This document shows positions 25,431 to 36,400 of a stretch of DNA of 64,000 bases, piece by piece. The stretch spans positions 806,001 through 870,000 of the forward strand of contig MU053216.1 of NCBI GenBank assembly GCA_013239625.1, given 5' to 3'. The notes beneath the pieces were generated by a model that ran no database searches, had not been told where the DNA came from, and worked only from the letters and a program-made list of their open reading frames with translations. The position numbers and the translations under genes are program-made. Position 1 is the first letter of the stretch, and each line of letters begins with the position of its first letter. The DNA is from Lama guanicoe (Eukaryota).

Positions 25431-27579
25431 GTCGTGCAGGAGACTCTGATAAGAAAGTAACGGGGCCAGGCCTGCCGGGGAGGGGCTGAGAGTCTGACTG
25501 GGGGTGGGGTCACTGCCAGATGGGGCACGGAGAGTGAAAAGAACGCCTCAACCCTTGGGGGCTGTCAGGAGAACGCCACGAGGGCCCAAAGACCCCAGGA
25601 GAGGGTTGTGGGCAGGGGAGGGGGCAATCCAGAAAAATGTTTTTAAAGGATGGGTAAGGTTTTTGTAGGTGAAGAGGGAAGAAGCGGGTGATTTCGGGCT
25701 GGGGACTTGGCGTCTGGGCTATGGCTTAAGCTAAGACACAGAGACCAGAAAGTCGGAGCAGACTCCGGGAACAACCCCGGCGTGACCACGACGGGCCGTG
25801 CCCCCTCCGGGGACCGCCGGCCGCGCAGCGTGCCCAGCACACACAGGGCGCACACGCTGTGGGGATTCTGCATCCTGGGGAGTCCCGAGGCTGCTGAGCA
25901 CGCACAGGCTCTGAGAAGTCCTGCAATAAAGAAACCTGCTTAGCCTTGTTCGACCCAGAGTTTCCTACATTCATTTGACCACAGGGTCCTGTATTTTTAA
26001 GCAGAGCCAATTAACAAGTCTCAAGGAGCTTCTTCAGGGAGTTGCTGGTAGACGGGCAGGAAAGAGGAGGGGACCGGGAGGGCAGGAGGGTGTGACTGTG
26101 GAGGCCTGCGTGTCAGGATGAAAAATCAGGGCATTACTCCGTGGGAGTCTCTGAGGGTCCCCTGCACTGGGGAGCAGCAGGGTCTCAGCTGTGCATCGGG
26201 AAGGCATCCCCAGAGCAGTGTTTGGGGCTGGACCGGGGAGGGGGAGACAGGACACTTCCACGACTGAGTGAAGGCGAGAATTAAGACAAGGAGGGGGCGG
26301 GGCGGGGCCATCTCACAGGTAAAAGCAATAAGACTCGTGAGCGTCAGTGATGGAACCAAGGGTGGGGTCAGGGCGAGAGGGAGGATGAGGATGAGTGGGG
26401 TGGTCCAGCCGGGACAGGCCCCCACCCTCCTCCCTCCTCTGTCCCCAGGGACCAAGAGCAGAGTGGCACCTCCCAAGGCCGCTGCGCAAAGGGCAGCACA
26501 CAGCACAGGCAACGCGAGCAGCAGGCTGAACTGGAGCTCACGTCCTAGCACAGAAAACACCACGAGTGCGTGCGGCGGAGACACACGCACAGACGGGAGA
26601 AAGGGCAGCCTCCCCCCGCGCAGAAGCCCATGTCCTTTCCGTAAACTGCCACCCACCCCACCACGCAGAGCCTGCGCCAGCTCCGTCTGCACTAGACCCG
26701 TTCAAAACCCCTTCCGCCGCCGGCCAGCCGGGCGACCCCAGGCCGGTCGCAGCCTCTCAGCCCGGCCTCCTCGCTGGCGGACGGGGAGCAGGAGCCCAGT
26801 TTGTAGGCTTATCTGGGGGGGCTACCACATGCAAGGCGCTCAGAACGGTGTCTGGCGCGTGGTCAGCGCCTGGAAGGCGTCGATAGCTCTTCTGCCTGGA
26901 GGGGCTGAGGGGGGAGGGCTGCACACCAGCTGCTCCCTGTTGGGGGGCTGGGGGGGCCCAGGGATGGGGTTTTCTTTCCCTTCCAGGGGTGGAGGCTGCC
27001 TCCCTCCCCCAGACGCACACTGGCCATCAGAGGACTTGGTCTCTCGCTCTCCCAGCACCTGTGGGCCCTCCGGGGGGAGCTGTGAATGGGACCCCCCCAG
27101 GCTTTGTGAAGGAAAAGGTGCTGAGGGGATCAGCTGGCTGCCCTCCACTCAGCCGGGCCTCGTTCTGCCCACAGGCTCCGCTGCGGATGGGGGCATCCCA
27201 GACCGGCCTGCCTCCTCCCTTCTGGGCTCCCGATCCGGTCTCCACGGCAGCCTCCCCACCCCCAGCTCGTTCCCCCAGCATCCTGTGCCCAAGCAGATGG
27301 AGAGGAGGGGCTGCCAGCCACCCCCCACGCCCAGCAGGGTCCTCCGTTGGACGCTGCTGGGTCTGACTTGGGAGGGGTGTGTCCTTGAGTCTGAGCCTGT
27401 GGTGCTGAGTGGGCAGCAGGAGCCGTGAACGCACAGGGATGAACGGGGCCTGGACGGGAAAGCAGCCTCTTCTGCCAGAGGCTGGGTGAAGTCAGAAAGC
27501 AAGACAGAACTGCTGATAGAGGCAGTCCCTTCTCGCAGGTCCCCCCACGCCACCGGGACACCCACCAAGCAGAAGAGTT

Positions 27580-27740
27580 AAGCGCCCAGGGTTCCAGCTC
27601 TGGCCACACCAGTGAGCGATTCCCACCCGCAACAGTAACTCAACTTCCCCATCTGTGAGATGGGGCAGAGCCACCACCCCTCGAAGGGTCCCAGTGAAGC
27701 CAGGACCAACCACATCGTGCACAGCATGCCGAACACAGGC
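27580..27740 (+). mobile_element. MIR SINE fragment
   Basis: ctcaacttccccatctgtgagatggggcaga ... cacagcatgccgaacac. Confidence 0.55.
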
Positions 27741-28375
27741 AGACCCGGACACAGAGGCCTCGGTGGAGAGCGCAGAGGCCGGGGCGGCAGCAGCCCAGCC
27801 TGCGAGGAGAGGGGCCCGGACTCGTGTCCTGGGGTCGCCGCAAACTCGCTGGCGCGTGGGGTCACGCCACGGCTCCCTCACTGTCTGACAGGGGTGCCCG
27901 TCCTGCCCGCCTCCCTAGCGAGACCATGTGTGGCAGGACACAGTTCTGAGGCCTAACTGACTTGTCTCTCGCTCTAACTCCACGTCGAGCAGGTCACCCT
28001 GTTACAAAGCTCCCAACTTCAAGAACAGAGTCAGTCAGAGGACCCGGTGATTTTCCAGGAAGAGAAGAGACCCTCTTTGAGAAGCAGAGAAGGGGCAGGC
28101 TCTCCAGAACTAGGAATGAAGTGGGGCGGGCATAGGCTCCCCCACCCTGGCAGAGAGGCCCACAGGGGCAGCCCCTCAAGGCCACGGGGGACCTTCGGGG
28201 ACCAGAGGGAGCACCCTCGCCTGCACCCCGGCCTCACCTGAGCCTGTGTCAGGGGCACACCTGGGGGGTGGGCAGAGGACCCAGCCCTCCTGACATGCAG
28301 TGCCCCCTACTCTGGTGGGTGGGGGTCAGAACTAAACTAAGTAGATTTAAAGCCACTCAAGAAGGGGATGTTTCT

Positions 28376-28610
28376 GGGGGAGGGATAAACTGGGAGTTGG
28401 GATCAGCAGCTACACACCACTGTACATAAAAGACACAAACAGCAAGGCCCTGCTGTGCAGCCCAGGGAACACCACTCAGCACCTTGGAACAGCCCGTAAT
28501 GCAGAAGAATCCAAGAAAGAGTGTCTGTGCACCACCGAGTCATTTGCTGCACACCAGAAACACAGCCCTGTAAATCAACCATACTTCAAGAAAGATAGAT
28601 TCTTTAAAAA
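28376..28610 (+). mobile_element. Artiodactyl-type L1 3' end, 5'-truncated
   Basis: ggagggataaactgggagttgggatcagcagctacacacc...cccagggaac...tgtaaatcaaccatacttcaa, the typical L1_Art-like terminus. Confidence 0.85.
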
Positions 28611-30199
28611 GGAGAATAGGGAGAAAGGAGCAGGAAGTCTTCTCCAACCACACTTATTCAGTCAATAAATATTTCTTAAGTACCTGCAAAAAAAGAGAAC
28701 GAGAGAGGGAGACAGAGAGGGGTGTTCCCCGGATGCCTGAGTCCGTGGGCTGACGTTCGCATCTGTCACAGACTCCGAAGTTCAGACAGCGTGGCACGTC
28801 AGAAACACAGTGCGCAGTGAGACTGTCGCCCGCCTAATGATTCCGGTACAGCGACCGCGCCAGGAGGGGAGGGCAGAGGTGCACCAGGGCCAAGGCCTGG
28901 GCTGGGGGCCCCGAGATGGTGCTCCCTGGTCAGCCTGCGCGGATCCTGGCCTTGACCACTTCCTCCACTGCGGCCTCCCCCGCTTGACCTCCTGGGGCTC
29001 CCTGATTGCTCCTCCCCTCGAGGGTCCAGCGTGAGGACTGAGCAGAGGGGGCGTGGAGCCCCGCTGGTGTGGGCAGCTGCACGTCCATCTTGGGGAGGGG
29101 CGAGCTCAGCCCCTCTGCAGGACAAGCAGCGCTCGGGAGGGGGCCAGACCCCCTCAGACTACCTTGCTCTCAGGTAGCAGAGCGAGGGACATGGCGGTCT
29201 GCAGGGTGCGGCCTCCGACCTCCCGGCCCTCCCACACTCTCCCGCCTGCCTGCTCCAGCCTCAAGAGGGGGCTGCCGTCAGCTCCCTCTGGTGCCAGGGG
29301 GCCCTGAAGCCCAAGCTGGTGACTTGGGAATAAATTCTTCACATCACGAAGGACAACTTATGGGCCAAGATCTATTCTTGCTTCTCTCCTCTTGAGGCCC
29401 CTCTCCTGCCATCCAGCCTCAGAAAAGGGTTCCAGGCAGGCGAACCCCATTATCCCCTGTGGAACTGGAGCCCACGAGGCTGGGCATGGGGCTTGCGGTG
29501 GGTCATGTGACATGAGGAACGAACTTGGGCATCGGGTGGGTGGGGATCCCTGGGTTCCGGGATGCACCTCATGTCCCACCGCTTTGTCTTAAACCTCTCT
29601 CCCTTTGAGAAAAGCCAGCAGGGAAGGGGGTGAAGGGAAGGAGACAGCCTCACACAGGCAGGTCCCTGCGAGGAGAGGCTGGGAGCCCTGCTGAGGGGCT
29701 CCAACAGCAGCAGTTTGCCGGGCCCCTCCGAGCGGGCTCCCGCGGCTCTCCAGCTGCCTGGCAAACCGGACGTGCATCTCTCCGCTGGGACAGAGGGCAC
29801 CCAGGCCACCCCGCCTGGGGACTGGAAGGGCCCGTTAGCAGGGAGGCTGCAGGTGCAGGCGGGCAGGGCAGGGAACCAGGGTGGGGACGGGCACAGAGGG
29901 ACGTGGCCCGGCTGCTTCCATGGTTCTCTCCAGAGGCAGACCTGGCACCAAAAGAGGCTGTGAGGCGCTGCCCAGGGAGACGGAAGCAACATTCTGCCAC
30001 AAGGACCCTTGCACCCCTCTTGACACCACCCATGGCTGCTTCCCAGAGCCTGTCTGGGTCCCAGAGAAGCCCCGCACCGAAGGAGGACCCCAAGGAGGGG
30101 ACAGAACAGGACCACGGGCAGGGTGGCACCGCCGCCCACGGTCCCAGCCACCCTCCTGGCTGCTGGGACCCTCCCCCAAACACTTTAGGTTTTAGACGA

Positions 30200-30249
30200 G
30201 TCTCCATAGCAACCCAAGCCCCCATCAGCCAGAGGGTCACCATGGTGAC
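30200..30249. promoter_or_regulatory. Paired RFX X-boxes (candidate enhancer)
   Basis: GTCTCCATAGCAAC (30200-30213) and palindromic GTCACCATGGTGAC (30236-30249). Confidence 0.6.
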
Positions 30250-31830
30250 TGAACTCGGCTCCCTGTCCAGCGAGAAGGGCCCTCACGCCTTATCTGTCAA
30301 GCAAGGCTCACAGGAAACTCAGCAAAGGGAGGACGAAGCATGGAAGGCTGGCCGGGGGCACCGGGTCCCCAGCAGGACCAGAGACGGCGGCCTGGCCTCT
30401 GCGTCCCCCAGGCCTCCCTCCCAGAGCTGACCAGCCCCCTTCAGAAAACGCACCTTCTCCGCAGTTGCCTCTCCCGGGCCCTCCCTTCCCCCTTGTAAGA
30501 ATTCTCTCCAGGTCCGCCGGCTTCTAAGGCCCGACTCCTCGGCCTCCTCTCGGCATTCACAGACTCTGCACCGCAAATGCAGCCCGGCCCGCGGTCCCTG
30601 GCAAGGCGGGGCTGGTCCTCAGCTGCTGGGAGCCTCCCTGTGTGCCCTGCGCGTCACTCCGACCATCCACACCCTGGACAACAGGGTCTTCACTCCGGGA
30701 CCTTCTCTCCCACGAGACTGGAGGCTCTCTGAGGCCACAGCCTGTTTCCTTGCTTTTAGCTCCACATGGAGCTCAGCTGAGGAGGGGGGTTGGGAGGGGC
30801 TGAGGGTGTTGGACGCCCCCCCCCCGTTGTGAAAGGAGGAGGGGCCGTGAGGTCACTCACACTTCCCCAGGGGCTGAGGTCCACCCTGGGGAATGGATGC
30901 TTCCCTGTTTCTCAGCCTCCCTCGCGCCCTCTCTCCGGTTCCGCCTGACAGCTAGCTATGCTGCCAAGAGAAGCAGAAGAACGGAGATCTGAGAAGCGCC
31001 AGCCTCCCACGGCTGCTCCCCCCCAACTCCCGTCCCTCGCTAGCGCTGCTCCCCCTGCCCCCCAGGCCCATCTGCGCCCCGCCCACACGCCGGAAGCCCT
31101 GGGCTCAGGTCTCAGAAGCGACCCACCCAACCCAACGGGACGCACCCTTACTGCGCTCTGAAATAAATCTTTAAGGCTTCTGCTGCGTTCTCACAGAGCC
31201 TAGAACAATGCATTCGTTAAAAAAACAGTGAAAATGTTTGGTTAAGCTCACTTTGTTTTTAGCCTGCAGAAAGTGTTATGTTTAAAATTACCAGCTGTAT
31301 TATTTTAAAAGATGAGAGTCAGGCTTTTCTCTCCACTCAGGAAGGTCCTGCTGCCCGTCGACAGCATGACCCACAGGCAGAGCTCTGCATGGGGCCCAGC
31401 ATGCCCCTCTCCCCTGGCGCCCCCCGGCGCCAGGTGCCCCTGGCGGGCAGGCTTCCGGGCTGTGGGCTCCCTGCAACACGCACCCCAGGCCTGCCTTCTG
31501 GAAGCACCCAAGCCTGGCTCTGACAGCAGGGGCTCCAGCCGCAGGCCCCAAAGGACCGCCCTGTTTCCAAGGCGACCCTGCGGCCACACGGCCCAATCAC
31601 TGAGCATGTGTCATTTACTAGCAACGCCACCTTGGACAAGTGACTCAAATTCCCCAGCCTGTGACAAGGGCACGGTGACGACATCCTGAGACCTACCTCA
31701 GAGAGTGGGTGCGAGGGGACTATCACAGCAAAGCGTTTGGAGCAGCGCCCGGCACTAGAGAAACGCTCCGCCCCACAGTTAGGGGGAACTGTCCGACACC
31801 CAGTCCCCTGGGAAGACGGCCCCGTCCGGA

Positions 31831-32059
31831 CAGGGCTTTTCAGACTGTGGGCTGCAACACATCTGCAGGTCCTGAAATCGGTGCGGTGGGCTGCAACCAG
31901 CAATTTAAAAACACAGACATTCAACAAACAGAAAATCAAGTACACTGTACGCAGTATCATTTCAAAAAACCTTTGACTCCGCTCGTCCACACTGGATTTG
32001 CTGGAAGACGTATTTCCTACTGGGGGTCAAGGTACAAAAAGACAACTCTGAAGCCACTG
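31831..32059. mobile_element. hAT-Charlie-type MITE
   Basis: Imperfect terminal inverted repeats CAGGGCTTTTCAGA ... TCTGAAGCCACTG around an AT-richer core. Confidence 0.6.
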
Positions 32060-33030
32060 CTTGAGGGTGTGTCAGTTCGTGACCACCTCTGCGCGCCTGA
32101 GCCCTCGGTCCTGTCTGGAGAGCACACGAGGGAGGGAAGGCGGGCAGGAGGTAGGGGGTCCAGGCGCTGGGCAGTGCCCGTCCCTCATGCAGTCTGCCCT
32201 AAACGGAGCCTGTTCCTCGTGAAGGGCCGGAAAAGCCTCCTGGTGAAGTGTTTCCCCTCGAGACAGCCTGATGTGACTGCCAGAGGTAAAGTCCAGCATC
32301 CACGCTGTGAGCAGCTGCATGGCTCCCAAGGAACTTGCGGACAAGGGCCCCTCGGGGGCAGGCCTGCTGACCCGACAGCTGGGTGCTCAGCGAGGGACCC
32401 CAACTCCTACCCAGAGCCTCCTCCGGGCCTGCTCCCTCCAGGCACGTGCCTCCTCCGGTTCTCCCCACAGTGCTCTGAGCTGGAGACGGTGGGGAGATAC
32501 TGCCCTCTCTCCAGAGGAGATGAGAAAACTGAGGCCCCAGAGGCTCACACGATGTGCTCAAGTTCACAGAATAACAGGTGGCCCCGGAGCCCTCGGTCCT
32601 CCCTTGTAGCCCAGGCTGACCTACACCATGACCCCACGGAGACAGAGGCAGGCGGGGTGCGGGAGGAGGCAGGCCGGGGGGCTCGGCCCTGAAGAGGGTC
32701 CACCTGGGCATATCTGGGGCTCCTCAGTGCAGTGCACAGGAAGGCGGCACAGGGAGGAAATATCGCAGAGGGAGATGGGGCACTGGGAGTGAGTGCCTGG
32801 TCACAGCCTGAGGGACGCAGAACCCCTGAGGGCAGGAACCACTCACTCACTCCTGCTCTTCCCACAGCATCCAGTGTGGTCCTGGGCTCAGTAATGACTG
32901 TGCCCAAGGACGTGAAGAAAGTAGGCTCTTTGGTGGTCACCTTCAGCTCCTGTAAGTGGGCGTTTTTGGGGCAGAAACCACCAGCATCACAGGTGTCCTG
33001 GTTTACTGCAGACGGGATGCCTGCTCTAGT

Positions 33031-33460
33031 CATCACCACTGGTGCCACCACCACCATCATCTCCACCACCACCATCACCACCATCTCCACCACCACCATC
33101 ACCTCTGCCNNNNNNNNNNNNNNNNNNNNNNNNNNNNNNNNNNNNNNNNNNNNNNNNNNNNNNNNNNNNNNNNNNNNNNNNNNNNNNNNNNNNNNNNNNN
33201 NNNNNNNNNNNNNNNNNNNNNNNNNNNNNNNNNNNNNNNNNNNNNNNNNNNNNNNNNNNNNNNNNNNACTAACTACNNNNNNNNNNNNNNNNNNNNNNNN
33301 NNNNNNNNNNNNNNNNNNNNNNNNNNNNNNNNNNNNNNNNNNNNNNNNNNNNNNNNNNNNNNNNNNNNNNNNNNNNNNNNNNNNNNNNNNNNNNNNNNNN
33401 NNNNNNNNACCTCATCCTCACCATCTCTACCATCACCATCACCACCATGGTCATGACCAT
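33031..33460. repeat. (CAC/CAT)n low-complexity repeat, mostly hidden by N-runs 33110-33267 and 33277-33408
   Basis: caccaccaccatcatctccaccaccaccatcacc on both sides of the Ns. Confidence 0.9.
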
Positions 33461-36400
33461 ATCTGCCTGCTCAGGACACTGACTGCCCCCTCCCTCTCCC
33501 GAGCTCAGTCTGTACGAATCTCACATGTCCTAAGTCCAACTGAGAGGAGCTTACCTTTTAAAAAAGCATTATCACTAAAGAACTAGATTTCATTTTCAGA
33601 TGTATGTGCTCTGCCCCTAAGAAACTTTTGTATCTAGGTAAAATGAGAATCCTCGGTCCCTTCCTCAGAGTCCCTCCCTGGGGCCTGCAGGGTTCCGTTC
33701 ACTGCCCTACAACTCCCACCACCTGCACTGCCTGCTCCCAGCCCAGGCTGCTGGGGGTCACCCAAACGGCTCCAACTGGGACTGAATGAGGTGTGTGATG
33801 GGGGCGGGGCCCAGGCGGCGGTAGGGGGTGGTAGCAGGGGAGGAGCAGACAGAGGCAGGCGGCTGAGCCTGGGACCAGAGGCCACCAAGGCAGCCCCCTC
33901 TTCACCTCCCGGCCCAGGAACCTCAGCCCCAGAAGGTGACTCCTGGGGCAGCAGTGCTGAGGCTGCGGGGAGGGGCTGGGACAAGGCAGAGAGACCCCCG
34001 AAGGAAGGTGGGGCCTGGCAGCAGACGGACAGCCACGGCCCAGGGCACACCGTGCTCCACGCCGAGGCTGCACAAGTGCCCCTGAGCAGACAGCACATTT
34101 CTTCCTAATCCATCACTCCACCAAAGCAGAGGAAGGACCGCTCCTGTCCACCAGAGCAGAGAGCCAGCTGAAGGCAGCAGGGCAGGGGTGCTGGGGGGTG
34201 GGGGCAGGAGGGTGAGTGCCTCCCACTCTGGGGCTGAAGTCCCACCCCGTCTGCTTCTCTCTGCAGTGGTGACCTTACCCTCCTGCTGTCACCGGCCTCT
34301 TGCCCAGAGGTGGGACACTGAGGCGGTCTTCTAGATCCAGGGAACACTCAGAGGGACGGTGTGGGCCCCTGGGCTCTGTGTACCTCGCGCCGGGACCAGC
34401 AGGCCATGGACTTGAGGGGCTTCTGGCCAGTCGGAGTGGCCTTCAAACGCCAGCCAGGCCTCTGTCCTCATTCCCTCCACAGGGGACACTTGCTGGAGAG
34501 GTTCCCTCCGCCAGCCTCCCCCTGCAGCCGCAGAGGGCCAGCTCCAACCGGGCCCAGGCTTCACTGAGGGACCAGCCGAGCCGCCGCAGGCAGGGAGAAC
34601 CAGGACCACTTACGAAAGCTTCTACGTGAGGCTGAAAGCCACACGGGAGGGGTGTGCTGGCTCCTTGACCCCACGGCCTCAGCAGACATGGTCGGGCCAG
34701 CAGCAGCCCTCCCCTGAGATGCCACGGCCCCTCCGGTCACTCCTCCTCCATCCCGGGCTGACCTGCTAAACTCAGCAAGGGCAGGGGCAGGAGTGGAGTC
34801 GGGAGCCGTGGACCTGGGTCCTCACTGGCCGCTATCTGGCTGGTGCCCTGGTGTGAACTGGGGCCCCTCAGTTCATCATCTGTTAGACAGGGCTGGTCCC
34901 CGAGGGCTCTGTGTCCCGAGGGCTGCCCTCCCCGACTCTGCGAAGAGTCTCGAGGGGCAGAACAGGGCATCCCACTCTTTCGTTTCAGGGACCTGCCAGA
35001 TGTCCTGGCTTTAAACCTTAAGGAAGGGGAGAGTGCTGGACCAGGAGCCGGGGGCTCCAGGTGACCCTTGGCAAGCTCCTACTTCTCTCAGGGCCTCAGC
35101 TTCCTCCTCCTCACAACAAAGGGTCTCCACCTCTGAGGCCCCCTGGAGCGCTGGCTGAGATGCTGTGGCTTTCCGGAGTTAGGGAAGGGGACACCTCAGA
35201 GGTGCCTCTCACCCTCACCTGGGAGCCTGGTCCACGGAGAGGGAGCTGCGTGCCCTCATCTCGGTTCTCCGCTCCTGTTTTTAGATTCCGCTCAGAGAAA
35301 TCCCGACAAGCAATACACCAGACTCAGCCGGAGGGAGGTGGCGGCCAGAGGAGGACAGCCCGACCAGGAGGCGGCGGCGGCACAGCCAGCACCCCTGCCC
35401 CACTCGCTCTCTCTTCGCGGGCAGACAAGAGCTGAGGCTGTCGGGAGCCCGAGGGATGGGCCTGGCCAGGGGCGTCACTCCTTCGTCCACCCATCACGCC
35501 TGGGTCTCGTCAGTCACCAAGGCGAGCTCTTCAAGTCCAACCTCAGCCCCGCTTGCTGGTACCGCTCTCCCCGCCCCGCCCAGCAGAAAGGACAGCCGCT
35601 CTGCCACTCTCGCGCTCCAGCCCCCGCCCATCTGTCGTTCCTTCCAGACGTGCGTTTGCTACCCAGAGCTGCCTGGGACAACATAGGATCTGGGGAGTAA
35701 GGAGGGAGGCAAAATAGGAGTGGGTGTCGGACAGACTCCCCGTCCTGTTCTCTCTGCTTCAGGTGCCGCAAGTGTCGGTCTGCGTTCCCTGAACAGACGG
35801 GAAGCAAGAGGGAGGCTGGATAAGGAAGAGGGTGCGGGGATCCCCAGGCTTGTCCATGGACTGACCGAGGATGCTGGGGCTGGGAGTGGACAGGTCAGAA
35901 AGGGGGTCCATCTGAGAAGACAGAGGGGTCTGGCGCCCACGGCCTCAGCTCCAGCCAGCTGTTCCCTCCAGCCTCAGATCCCCATCCCCAGGGGACGGGC
36001 GGCCTTCATCTGACCACTCCCTGCTTTACACATGAGATCAGGGCGCCGAAGTAGGTATCAGCCGCAGTCACAGCAATCAGAAACCAGAAGAGGAAAACGC
36101 TCTCCCCAAAACCTCCGGGAGGGCAGTCTGAGGCAGCAGAACGGCTTTTTGAAACGTTTACGCTGGCACAGGTGATTGAGAGATGAGTGTGTTTGCAATG
36201 CAGACGGTAGAACCACAGAGGGTCTGCTGTCAGGCTGGGAGCTGGCAGGAGGCGGAGCCAATTCAGGCCTCTGAATAAAGACTCCACCAGCGCACTGCAC
36301 AAAAGTAGCCAGGAGTTCTGAGCACCACCCCAGAGGGCTGCACCTGGGAAGGAAGAGGCGATGCTGACCCCTCCCCTGCGCACTTGCGAGTCTCGCCTGC

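Noticed and set aside
26268-27428. 386-aa plus-strand ORF, and similar long ORFs at 31709-32692, 15839-16944, 46107-46907 and 53905-54711
   Set aside because: Pro/Gly/Arg/Ala/Ser-rich with no recognisable domain, overlapping ORFs in several frames, and some run through repeat fossils. Expected by chance in GC-rich DNA.
28487-28506. REST/RE1-like TCAGCACCTTGGAACAGC
   Set aside because: Non-canonical right half-site, lying inside a decayed L1 end; probably chance.
29279-29297. Additional CTCF-like motifs (also at about 28299 and 31416)
   Set aside because: Two or more core mismatches; such matches are frequent in GC-rich DNA.
32956-33460. Poly-His/Thr/Pro ORFs
   Set aside because: Translations of a CAC microsatellite and N-runs.
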